NCBI GenBank assembly: GCA_964645605.1
Contig: CAZYCE010000002.1
Location: 67,256 to 131,255 of the forward strand
DNA from: an uncultured Gammaproteobacteria bacterium
GTDB taxonomy: Bacteria; Patescibacteriota; Microgenomatia; UBA8517
Reading direction: 5' to 3'
DNA: 64,000 nucleotides
The position numbers and the translations under genes are program-made. Within the stretch, counting starts at the first letter, position 1. The number at the start of each line of letters is the position of its first letter. Below the pieces are notes generated by a model, which saw nothing but the letters and a program-made list of their open reading frames with translations, did not search any database and was not told where the DNA came from. Shown here piece after piece: positions 18,000-26,582 of the stretch.

Positions 18000-18878
18000 T
18001 TATTTTTCTAAAACCCGCATTTTTGCACTTCTTGCCCTCCTGTTCGCCTCAAGTTCCTCGGGCCCCGCACCAATTGGCTTAAATGTAATCATTTTGGCTC
18101 CCTTTTCTCCCATTTCTCTAAAAAAGTTTTTAACTAATACATCTTCTTTAGAGTGAAAGCTTATTACGACCAGTCTTCCACCCTTTTTAAGAAGTCCGTA
18201 TGCCTTAGGTAAAACCTCTTCTAAGTTGTTAAGTTCGCTATTGACCGCAATCCTGACTGCCAAAAAAGGCAAGGTTGCCTCATTATTGCTGTACCTGCCT
18301 GTCCTCAAACCCTGACTTATCTCTAAAAGATCACCTACATTCTCGATAGGTTTTTCTTCTCTTGAATGAATAACCCGTCCGGTAATCCATTTAGCTGCCC
18401 CGGGATCGAGTGTAATTTCAAAAAGATCCCTCAGTTGATCCTCTCTTAGTACATTTAAAAGATCTGATCCTTTAACCCCTTGGGTTTCCGGGTCCATTCT
18501 CATATCGAGAGGAGCCTCCGAATTTTCAAAAGAAAAACCTCTTTCGGAATCCTTAAGATGTAAATTTGTAACACCGAGGTCGAATAGAATCCCATCAGCC
18601 GGGATCCAGTCATTTTCCTGGGCAATTTTATCTATACTGATAAAATTGGCGTTAACCAGCTTGTAATCTCTGTACTTTTCCTCGCCTAAACGTTCTTCCG
18701 CAATATCAAGCATCTTTGGATCAATCTCAATTCCCAAGACTTTTCCTCCTGCTTTTAATATTTCCAGTGAATGTCCGCCGTTTCCAAGCGTTGCGTCAAT
18801 ATATTTGCCGCCTTTTTCAATGTGCAAAGCTTCAACTACCTCCTGAGCTAGTACCGTCTCGTGATATTTACTTTTCAT
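18000..18878 (-). CDS. rsmH: 16S rRNA (cytosine1402-N4)-methyltransferase
   Basis: 292 aa. HETVLAQEVVEAL, DATLGNGGHS and FHSKEDV are diagnostic of RsmH/MraW. Confidence 0.9.
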   Translation of the reverse strand: MKSKYHETVLAQEVVEALHIEKGGKYIDATLGNGGHSLEILKAGGKVLGIEIDPKMLDIAEERLGEEKYRDYKLVNANFISIDKIAQENDWIPADGILFDLGVTNLHLKDSERGFSFENSEAPLDMRMDPETQGVKGSDLLNVLREDQLRDLFEITLDPGAAKWITGRVIHSREEKPIENVGDLLEISQGLRTGRYSNNEATLPFLAVRIAVNSELNNLEEVLPKAYGLLKKGGRLVVISFHSKEDVLVKNFFREMGEKGAKMITFKPIGAGPEELEANRRARSAKMRVLEK

Positions 18879-19305
18879 TTCTCTTTGCCAGATCTTCTAT
18901 ATATTTGGCTGCTCCCTCGCTTACCTCCTTCTCCCGAGCCTCCCAAATTTCTTTATTCCAAATCTCAACCCTATCTCCAACTCCTAAAAAGTAAACCTGA
19001 GATCCCAATTTCGCATAATCCATGAGTCTGTCCGGAATAACGATTCTTCCTTGTTCGTCCGGAACAACCTCGTAAGATGATGCATAAATGAAATGCTCCG
19101 TCTTTCTTACGGGCTCAATTATCGTTCTTTCTTTACCCGTAACCCTTCCTAAAAGTGTATTTAAAGAGCTTTTAGCCACCAGCACCAAACATTCTTCATA
19201 CCACTGCGACAATACCAATTCTTTTCCAAGATTTTCGCGAAAAACAGAAGGGATGGATATTCTTTTCCCTGAAGTCACACTTACCAAATATGTTCCTAAA
19301 AACAT
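18868..19305 (-). CDS. mraZ: Transcriptional regulator MraZ
   Basis: 145 aa. Tandem MraZ domains (FLGTYLVSVTSGKRISIP ... GRIVIPDRL) are present. It is the first gene of the cluster. Confidence 0.85.
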   Translation of the reverse strand: MFLGTYLVSVTSGKRISIPSVFRENLGKELVLSQWYEECLVLVAKSSLNTLLGRVTGKERTIIEPVRKTEHFIYASSYEVVPDEQGRIVIPDRLMDYAKLGSQVYFLGVGDRVEIWNKEIWEAREKEVSEGAAKYIEDLAKRNEK

Positions 19306-19330
19306 TTTTTTTCATCTGGGCAGATGTGTT

Positions 19331-19440
19331 GAGTAATGGTTACCACCATTTCTCACCATTAATAACCATTTAATATCATTTTCACAGATATGTCAATAGG
19401 TTTTCACTATTTTCACTGAGTTTTCGTGAAGGAAGTAAAT
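19331..19440 (-). promoter_or_regulatory. Putative dcw-cluster promoter region with an MraZ-operator-like array of 10-bp-periodic direct repeats
   Basis: 19341-19380 reads TACCACCATT/TCTCACCATT/AATAACCATT/TAATATCATT. On the minus strand this is AATGGTG-type repeats at 10-bp spacing. Additional TTTTCAC repeats follow at 19379-19430. The region lies directly upstream of mraZ. Confidence 0.45.
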
Positions 19441-20120
19441 TACTCGGAAGCAATCGTGCCTGAGTGTGGTTTGCCGTCAGAGGCAAACACTCCGTAGCCA
19501 TCCTGCCATATGACCGTCGGTACTGTAGGCTCAAGATAAGTCTTCATTGTTATAAAATAGACTCCTTTGGCGACCTTATCCAGCGTATATTTAAAAATAC
19601 CATCAACTGAAGTCAGCTCAGTTACTCCAGTTTGCAGATGAAAATCGGTAGATAGTTTGCCCAGCATTTTACCATTCGCATCCCTAAAGGTAACTGTGAC
19701 GATTCCTTGTTCAACTCCGGCATCATAACGGAATTTTCCCGATGATTCAGAGCCCATAAGAAGTTGTTTTTCTATATCGGACCCTGTCAGTTTTACAGTA
19801 CCCGGAACTCCCTGCTGACCCCCATCGCTCGTGTTGTAAACCAGAAGATAATCCATCGAGGCAGCACCGGGAACATTAATTTTTTCAACCCTAAAATCCA
19901 ACCAGTGGCCCATCGATCCCGTAACCCCCGGGTTGTCGGTTGGAGTAAGAGAAATGGCCGGCCATTGGCTCTCACTAAGGACAGGCACGTTTGAGGCCTC
20001 TTCTGACTCGCTGTCTTGAGTATTTCCCCCTTTTCCTTTTAGGACAATAAATCCAATAATCAGGACTGCAACAACCAGAACCCCTACAATAATTGGCATT
20101 AATTTCTTAAATTTCTTCAT
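19440..20120 (-). CDS. Hypothetical membrane-anchored secreted protein
   Basis: 226 aa. An N-terminal TM (LMPIIVGVLVVAVLIIGFIVL) is followed by a Thr/Gly-rich beta-like domain. Confidence 0.5.
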   Translation of the reverse strand: MKKFKKLMPIIVGVLVVAVLIIGFIVLKGKGGNTQDSESEEASNVPVLSESQWPAISLTPTDNPGVTGSMGHWLDFRVEKINVPGAASMDYLLVYNTSDGGQQGVPGTVKLTGSDIEKQLLMGSESSGKFRYDAGVEQGIVTVTFRDANGKMLGKLSTDFHLQTGVTELTSVDGIFKYTLDKVAKGVYFITMKTYLEPTVPTVIWQDGYGVFASDGKPHSGTIASE

Positions 20121-20188
20121 AATGCTTGCGTTATATCCGGCTAGCCAACTTCAAACTTGTTTATAAAAATAACAGCCAGAATTCGATA

Positions 20189-21469
20189 CTACAGTTTATT
20201 TTGAAAATATTCCGTCAATTTGTCAATGGCAACCCTTTCCTGCTCTGCGCTATCCCTGTCCCGAACCGTAACACTGCCGTCTTCCAGGCTTTGGAAATCA
20301 ACGGTAACACACCAGGGAGTGCCTATTTCATCTTGAGCAAAGTAACGCTTTCCGATATTTCCCCTATCGTCCCAGGCAACATTTAGGCTTTTTTTGAGAT
20401 CTTTGTAAACTTCCCGGGCTTTTTCGACTAGGTCCGGCTTATTGGCCAAAAGAGGAAAGACGGCAACTTTATATGGCGCAAGCTTAGGGTGAAGTTTAAG
20501 GTAAATCCTGTCCCCGTCCTCGGAATAGGAGTCAATCAGGAAGAAAAGCATGGCGCGGTCTACTCCGCCTGAGGCCTCAATTACCCAAGGAGTATATTCT
20601 TCACCCGTCAAATTATCTTTGTATGTCAGGCCGTGGTTTTTAAGGTCAAAATCTCCCCTGTGATGAATTCCCTCAAACTCGCTCCATCCGAAGGGAGCCT
20701 CATATTCAAGATCTGTGGCATAGCGAGCATAATGTGCAAGCTTGTCGGGTTCATGATCGTGGAACCTTAGCTTCTCCGGCCGTATCCCCAGATTTTCATA
20801 CCACTTTCTTCGCGCTTCCTTCCAAAATTCAAAGGCTTCCTTGCTTTCGGCTTCGTCGGGTTTTACAAAATATTCAAGTTCCATCTGTTCAAACTCGCGC
20901 GAACGGAAAGTAAGATTTCCGGGTGTAATTTCATTCCTGAAAGCCTTGCCTATTTGAGCAATTCCGAAGGGAATTTTAATACGTGTTGAATCAACAACGT
21001 TTTCAAAATTAACAAATGCGCCCTGCGTTATCTCACCCCTAAGATAAGATTTTTCCTTGGGTTCGGTTGTTCCCAGAAGCACTTCCGTCATAAGGTTGAA
21101 TGTTTTGGGCTCGGTCCAGATATCCTTCTTATCCCCGTGGGTTTTTACGTGTCCGCGAAGGTCGTCTTCATTATCAGCCCTAAATCTTTTGTGACAAATT
21201 TTACATTCAACAAGAGGATCGGAAAACGCCTTAAGATGGCCCGACTTTTCCCAAACCGACGGATTCATTATTACCGCGGCATCCATTCCGACAATATTTT
21301 CGCTTTCATAAACCATATATTTCCACCATTCTTTTTTGATGTTATTTTTCATCTCGACTCCGGCCGGGCCATAATCCCAAAAACCCTGATATCCCCCGTA
21401 AATTTCACTACCCTGGAAGATAAATCCGCGCCTTTTGGCAAGAGAAGTCACTTTGTCCATTAAGTCCAT
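20189..21469 (-). CDS. glyQS: Glycine--tRNA ligase, dimeric (alpha2, GlyQS-type class II)
   Basis: 426 aa. FQGSEIYGG, FRNEITPG (motif 2), GGVDRAML (motif 3) and a C-terminal anticodon-binding domain are present. Confidence 0.9.
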   Translation of the reverse strand: MDLMDKVTSLAKRRGFIFQGSEIYGGYQGFWDYGPAGVEMKNNIKKEWWKYMVYESENIVGMDAAVIMNPSVWEKSGHLKAFSDPLVECKICHKRFRADNEDDLRGHVKTHGDKKDIWTEPKTFNLMTEVLLGTTEPKEKSYLRGEITQGAFVNFENVVDSTRIKIPFGIAQIGKAFRNEITPGNLTFRSREFEQMELEYFVKPDEAESKEAFEFWKEARRKWYENLGIRPEKLRFHDHEPDKLAHYARYATDLEYEAPFGWSEFEGIHHRGDFDLKNHGLTYKDNLTGEEYTPWVIEASGGVDRAMLFFLIDSYSEDGDRIYLKLHPKLAPYKVAVFPLLANKPDLVEKAREVYKDLKKSLNVAWDDRGNIGKRYFAQDEIGTPWCVTVDFQSLEDGSVTVRDRDSAEQERVAIDKLTEYFQNKL

Positions 21470-21569
21470 GACAACATTATATGATAAACATACTCAAAAA
21501 GGTACCTCTTACGCCCTTACCCGGTTTGCCCTAACGCGGAAATGCAATATATATTAAAATGACAGGGTA

Positions 21570-22619
21570 ATGAAGTTTAAATTCACAAAAAGAAATATTT
21601 TAATCACGGCCGCCTTCCTGATAATCTTCAGTGCAGGCTTCATTGGAGCGTATTTCGGCCTCAAACTTTCAAAAATATTTGTTAAAAACTTTCCTCCGCC
21701 TGCACCCGTCGCAACAGCGGCTCAGGATGGGGTGATTTTCGGTTCCGCACCGGAAACACCAAGCGAAAAAGGAATCTACAATACCGTACTTTTAGGCTAT
21801 GGAGGGGCAGGACATGATGGCGCATACCTCACAGACAGTATTATTGTGGTCCATATCAATACCAACAACAAAACCGCGGCTCTGATCTCCATCCCGAGAG
21901 ATTTGTGGGTTTCCGGCGGACACAAGATAAATGCAGACGCCTCAATTAACGGTTTCCAGAATGTAGGCGGGGTTATTAAAGATGTAACAGGACTCACTAC
22001 CGAATATTTTGCCGCGGTTGATTTTTCGGGGTTTCCCAAGCTGATAGACAATCTCGGAGGGATCACCGTTGATGTTCCTAAAACTTTCGACGATTATTTT
22101 TATCCTATTGCAGGAATGGAAAATAATACTTGCGGCAAAACAGAGGCTGAAATTGCGGCTCTGAAAACGCAATATTCAAATTCCCTGCTTGAAATGCAGT
22201 TTACCTGCAGATATGAGCACCTTCATTTTGACAAGGGACCGACGAATCTTGACGGTGCCACTGCTCTCAAATTTGTCAGATCCCGTCACGGCGATAGCGA
22301 CTTCGGTAGGAGCGAGCGCCAATTTGCAGTTCTTAAGGGAGTTTTGGCAAAACTGGTTAGTCTCCACGCATTTGACAAAACAAGCCAAACGATTGACAGT
22401 CTTGTTGCCATTACAAGAACAAACTTGAACGCTTCACTAATTAAAAGCCTTTTCGAGGTCGTGGGAGATACGGGACAATATAGGATAAACGAAATCCACC
22501 TGACCACGGAAAACCTTTTGAACGAAGGAAAATCGGCAGACGGAGCCTATATACTCTTACCCAAAGCGGGAATGCTTAACTTCACGGATATTAAAAATTA
22601 CATCTCTCAAAACATCTAG
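21570..22619 (+). CDS. LytR-CpsA-Psr (LCP) family cell-wall glycopolymer transferase
   Basis: 349 aa. An N-terminal TM is followed by DSIIVVHIN, ISIPRDLWV and RHGDSDFGRSERQ, which are LCP hallmarks. Confidence 0.8.
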   Translation: MKFKFTKRNILITAAFLIIFSAGFIGAYFGLKLSKIFVKNFPPPAPVATAAQDGVIFGSAPETPSEKGIYNTVLLGYGGAGHDGAYLTDSIIVVHINTNNKTAALISIPRDLWVSGGHKINADASINGFQNVGGVIKDVTGLTTEYFAAVDFSGFPKLIDNLGGITVDVPKTFDDYFYPIAGMENNTCGKTEAEIAALKTQYSNSLLEMQFTCRYEHLHFDKGPTNLDGATALKFVRSRHGDSDFGRSERQFAVLKGVLAKLVSLHAFDKTSQTIDSLVAITRTNLNASLIKSLFEVVGDTGQYRINEIHLTTENLLNEGKSADGAYILLPKAGMLNFTDIKNYISQNI

Positions 22620-23485
22620 TCAGAGAACATATAAACGTCCTGTCTCGTATCACTCACCCCGACAAATTCTCCTTCTCCTTTAAGAATCCGTTCATAAGGA
22701 CGGCAGGAGTGGCAGCCACCCTTTAGACACTTGAAGTGATTGATTTTGCGGGCAAGCTGTATTCTTTTGGCTATTTTATAAACTTTTTCGTAAGATTCCT
22801 GTTCCGTCGGCAAATGTTTACTCACGATCCCGTCATCGCGGTCCAGGTACCAATACGAAGCCCCCGTCACCTTTTTTGATTGGGTATGAGTTGCCACCAA
22901 TAAATATATAGGAAGCTGAAGAGAACCTTCTTTTTCCTCATTTTTTCCGGTTTTGAAATCAATTATCTCAACAGAGTCATTTTTTTCGTTATATTTAAGC
23001 CAGTCAATTTTTCCTGCAAGAATTATTTCGTCTTCCTCGTTTAGCCAATAGTGAGGCAGGTTCATTTTTGATCTGATTTTTATTGCTTTTTCCACTATCG
23101 GTCCGGGATTTTCCTGCAAATTTATAAGCATCTGGACAGCTCTTTCTTTGTACTGCATTTCTTCATCATGATTTTTAAAACCACCTCTTTTGCCCGTAAC
23201 TTTCAACCAAACAGGATCCAATTTTTTAACAAGGGAGATTTTAAGTCTTTCTTCAGCCGGTAAAACCGCCAAAGATTCAATAACTTCATGTACAGCCTGG
23301 CCCAAGGCCATAGGGGGTGTAACTATTGTCATCTTGCGCCCGGTTTTTGGGTTTTTGTAAACGTTCCGTAAGTAGTAGGACCTCGGGCATTTTAAAAAAT
23401 CTGATATCGAAGAATGCGAAACCCAAGTGGCGGAATATTCGTCCATCAGCGCGTAATTAAGTCTCCGGAGCCGGATGCCAAACAT
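22616..23485 (-). CDS. Cas4-like PD-(D/E)xK nuclease with a predicted Fe-S cluster (DUF83/RecB-family), orphan
   Basis: 289 aa. N-terminal CPRSYYL; motif II ILAGKIDWL; motif III VEIIDFKTGK (D-x-K, DYKTG-like); QLPIYLL (QhxxY); C-terminal Cys triad CLKGGCHSC. No CRISPR or cas genes are nearby. Confidence 0.65.
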   Translation of the reverse strand: MFGIRLRRLNYALMDEYSATWVSHSSISDFLKCPRSYYLRNVYKNPKTGRKMTIVTPPMALGQAVHEVIESLAVLPAEERLKISLVKKLDPVWLKVTGKRGGFKNHDEEMQYKERAVQMLINLQENPGPIVEKAIKIRSKMNLPHYWLNEEDEIILAGKIDWLKYNEKNDSVEIIDFKTGKNEEKEGSLQLPIYLLVATHTQSKKVTGASYWYLDRDDGIVSKHLPTEQESYEKVYKIAKRIQLARKINHFKCLKGGCHSCRPYERILKGEGEFVGVSDTRQDVYMFSD

Positions 23486-23913
23486 TGAGAAATCATGCTG
23501 GTTGGAAATTCCGGAAAAGGAGAAACACTATCACAATCAATTATTCCGTTGCCGTCCCAAACCAATGTCCACGTTCCGTTTAATTTTGCCGCAAACCAGA
23601 TTCCTCCATCGCCCGTCTCACCTGCCGTCCCTCTGGCATATTCACCTTGAATCTCAGAAACCGTGATGGTCATTCCGGAGGCTTGTTGTCCGTGTTCCGC
23701 AATCAGTCCTTTTCTCACTGCCTCAATGAGCGCGTCACTTTCCTCCAGGGAGAGTGGTATAACGGTGGCAAGTGGATTTGCAATGGTTGAGCTTTCGGTG
23801 GAAACTACCGAAACACCCTCGGGTTTCGCAAATTTAGGAAAGCCTTTATAGTAAACAGTCGCGCCCAAGAAAACAATAACGGCTGTGACAAGAACGGTGG
23901 CTACGTACTTCAT
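23446..23913 (-). CDS. Hypothetical membrane-anchored secreted protein
   Basis: 155 aa. It has an N-terminal TM. It overlaps the nuclease gene by 40 nt. Confidence 0.45.
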   Translation of the reverse strand: MKYVATVLVTAVIVFLGATVYYKGFPKFAKPEGVSVVSTESSTIANPLATVIPLSLEESDALIEAVRKGLIAEHGQQASGMTITVSEIQGEYARGTAGETGDGGIWFAAKLNGTWTLVWDGNGIIDCDSVSPFPEFPTSMISQCLASGSGDLITR

Positions 23914-23915
23914 TT

Positions 23916-24707
23916 CTATTTATTTTTAGCAGGTTTTTTAAGGAAAAACAATACAACGCCCAGCATACTCAATATGACCCCTGCAATGATCCAAATCTCA
24001 GCAATTTCCCCCAGTATTGGAGGAGCAATAACGGCGGCAAGGGATGTGCCAACATTGGTACTTTCCACAAAGTTATTTGTCAAAAAACGGTTTTCGTAAT
24101 CAATCACAAAAAACAATCCCGTAATAAGAAGTCCCGACAGGATAAATGTTGTCCCCACTCCACCCAAATGTTTACCGGGAGTAATCAATAAATATTTTAG
24201 GCACAAAATCAAAGCCGAAAGAAAGATGGTCAAACCGAAAAGCAACCAGCTCCATAATCCAAACCGGGATACAATTTCCACATCTTCCTGGTTTATTCCC
24301 GAAATATTATATTCCCGTAGAAAATCAAAAAAGTTGGTTTTTACTAAAGAACTACCCATCCCATTTAACTGTAAAGGGGGAACAAATACTTCAAGCTGGG
24401 GGATCTTGCCGTTGGCATAGACTAAAACACTTTGAATATTTTTTTCCAAAAAATCTTTAACATTTAGCGGAGATATTATGTTTGTCAAAATGCTTACGTC
24501 TCTTTCGGTTCCACCTTCGGCCACAACCCTAGATTCAAGTCTGCCGGCTATGACGGTTGAAATTTTAGAATATACCCCGCCTTTTTCCAAAGTGGTTGTC
24601 CAAAACTCGGGAGACAAAAGCTGAAACCTGATATTGATTGACAATACTAATAAAACTAAAATGGGAACTGCAATTACAGTTAAAAGAAATTTGGCTATAA
24701 ATTTCAT
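23916..24707 (-). CDS. Hypothetical integral membrane protein
   Basis: 263 aa. One N-terminal TM and several C-terminal TM helices. Confidence 0.5.
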   Translation of the reverse strand: MKFIAKFLLTVIAVPILVLLVLSINIRFQLLSPEFWTTTLEKGGVYSKISTVIAGRLESRVVAEGGTERDVSILTNIISPLNVKDFLEKNIQSVLVYANGKIPQLEVFVPPLQLNGMGSSLVKTNFFDFLREYNISGINQEDVEIVSRFGLWSWLLFGLTIFLSALILCLKYLLITPGKHLGGVGTTFILSGLLITGLFFVIDYENRFLTNNFVESTNVGTSLAAVIAPPILGEIAEIWIIAGVILSMLGVVLFFLKKPAKNK

Positions 24708-24753
24708 ACGTATTTAGTATACAATGAATGTGCTAAAGAGGAGGTGATAAAAA

Positions 24754-25137
24754 ATGGCAGGATATAAAGGAGATCTGGAAAAAGACACGCTCGCAAACAC
24801 GTTTTTTAGAAATGTTATCTACACAGCTCCCCATTCTCAGTTGGTTTTGATGAGTCTCAAACCGGGTGAGGAAATAGGCATGGAGGTCCATCCTGATAAT
24901 GATCAATTTTTAAGATTTGAGGAGGGTGATTGGATGGCAGAGATTTCAGGAGAAAAGTTTACGGGAGGATCTGGTGAATGTGTAATCGTACCGGCAGGTA
25001 ACTACCACAATATCGTTAACACATCTCAAGAGAAAGAACTTAAGCTTTACACAATCTATTCACCGGCTCACCACCCTGAAGGAACTATTCACAAAACCAA
25101 AGAGGATGCGATGCATGCTGAAGCAGAAGAAAAGTAA
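24754..25137 (+). CDS. Cupin-domain protein
   Basis: 127 aa. A two-His cupin-like core (GMEVHPDND ... GNYHNIVN). Confidence 0.55.
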   Translation: MAGYKGDLEKDTLANTFFRNVIYTAPHSQLVLMSLKPGEEIGMEVHPDNDQFLRFEEGDWMAEISGEKFTGGSGECVIVPAGNYHNIVNTSQEKELKLYTIYSPAHHPEGTIHKTKEDAMHAEAEEK

Positions 25138-25144
25138 ATTGCTA

Positions 25145-25762
25145 TCAAAATAAGCTTTCCTGATTTTCAGAGGGTTGTCTTTGTGGATAAGAGAAATCAA
25201 GAGTTATTCTGCGGGTTTCGTTCCAAAAGTCTTTGTATTCCAGGTATCCGTTTTTCAGTACGAAATCGTATAGGTTTTTCGTAATCGTCACGTCCATTTC
25301 GCAATACTTTTTAAGTTTTGCCAAGCTTTCGGAAGATCCCTCGGCCCAATATTTAATGGCATTTACTCCGCTGTCATTTTTGGTTGACCCCAATGTCGCT
25401 TTGGCCAAAGCGTCAAGGGACATTCTTTTGCCCTCAACCTTTTTAATCTCGGAAAGGATATCAAAATGCCTTAGCCTTGGCCAGTGTTTTGGCAAATACG
25501 GCGAAAGTGCGGGAACGTCAAAGCCGATTGAGTTAAATCCGATTATCCTGTCGGCTTTTTCAAAAAGCTTAAACATTTCCGTGAAATCTTTTTCCCAAAA
25601 ACTTTTCATTTCACCCTGAAGCTCATGAAAGGAATTGTCCAAGGTTCGTGAGTACACGGAGCAAATTGAAACGCCCAGTTTTGCAGGATCGTTTCCGGGT
25701 ACTTCGTCAAAAAATCTTTTGGTTTCAGTGTCGAAAATTACTTCAAAAAACTCCATAGACAA
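25145..25762 (-). CDS. DEDD-family 3'-5' exonuclease (RNase H-like fold)
   Basis: 205 aa. VIFDTETK (Exo I D-x-E), GFNSIGFDVP (Exo II) and YCEMDVTIT (Exo III Y-x3-D). Confidence 0.55.
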   Translation of the reverse strand: MSMEFFEVIFDTETKRFFDEVPGNDPAKLGVSICSVYSRTLDNSFHELQGEMKSFWEKDFTEMFKLFEKADRIIGFNSIGFDVPALSPYLPKHWPRLRHFDILSEIKKVEGKRMSLDALAKATLGSTKNDSGVNAIKYWAEGSSESLAKLKKYCEMDVTITKNLYDFVLKNGYLEYKDFWNETRRITLDFSYPQRQPSENQESLF

Positions 25763-25810
25763 ATTTCATTCTACTCCTAATCTGAAGCTGTTGTTAATAA
25801 GCGTGGAAGA

Positions 25811-26581
25811 TTATTTTCTTCTGAATATAAAACTGAAACCAAAACAAGCAATTGCTACCAGTACCACTATCGGTCCCGACGGGGTGGCAAAATATTTAGC
25901 TATCAAAATCCCAATTGTCGTGGATACTGCACCCAGGGCAATAGCTATGGCCTGAAATTCCTTTATGCTTTTAGAGACATTTTTTGCGGCAACTGCCGGA
26001 ATGATTACCATTGCTCCCGTAAGCAGAGTTCCTAAAAACTTCACACCAAGAGCAACAACAAGTCCTACCAAAAGCAGATAGACCAAATTGACCCTGTCGG
26101 TTTTTATTCCCTGAGATTTTGCCAAATCTTCAGAAACTACACTCAAAAGAAGCTTTTTCGAAATGAGTTTCGTGGCAACAAAAATAACGGCAACACCCGC
26201 AATAACCATCAATCCGTCAAGTGATGTAATTTTATCAATATCCCCAAAAAGAGCCTCCAAAAGTTCCGGTTCCGGAGTTAAAAGAAGTCCCAAAGAAAGT
26301 GCCCCGGTAAAAAATACTCCGACCAGCGCATCCGGATAAACTTCGGTTTTTTTCTCCAAATACCAAATGCCGATTATTGCAACTGCAAGAGCAGTTAATG
26401 CACCAAGCATGGGGTTAATTCCGAAAGAAAGGGCAACCGCAATTCCCGGGAGGGCAACGTGTGAAAGAGCATCTCCAACCAAAGACATTCTTTTCAAAAC
26501 CATAAAGCCCCCAAGGTACCCTGACGCAGCCCCGACAAGAGCCCCGATTGTGATCAAAAAAAATATATTGTCGGTATTCAT
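25811..26581 (-). CDS. ABC-3 family metal (Zn/Mn) transporter permease
   Basis: About 257 aa from the internal Met at 26581 (MNTDNIFFLI...). The ORF itself extends to 26659. There are multiple TM helices. The ZnuB/TroC-like start lies 1 nt after the upstream ATPase stop. Confidence 0.8.
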   Translation of the reverse strand: MNTDNIFFLITIGALVGAASGYLGGFMVLKRMSLVGDALSHVALPGIAVALSFGINPMLGALTALAVAIIGIWYLEKKTEVYPDALVGVFFTGALSLGLLLTPEPELLEALFGDIDKITSLDGLMVIAGVAVIFVATKLISKKLLLSVVSEDLAKSQGIKTDRVNLVYLLLVGLVVALGVKFLGTLLTGAMVIIPAVAAKNVSKSIKEFQAIAIALGAVSTTIGILIAKYFATPSGPIVVLVAIACFGFSFIFRRK

Positions 26582-26582
26582 A

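Noticed and set aside
20121-20188. GGCTAGCC palindrome as a possible intrinsic terminator after glyQS
   Set aside because: It is a perfect 8-bp palindrome with no loop and no T-tract. It is not a convincing terminator.
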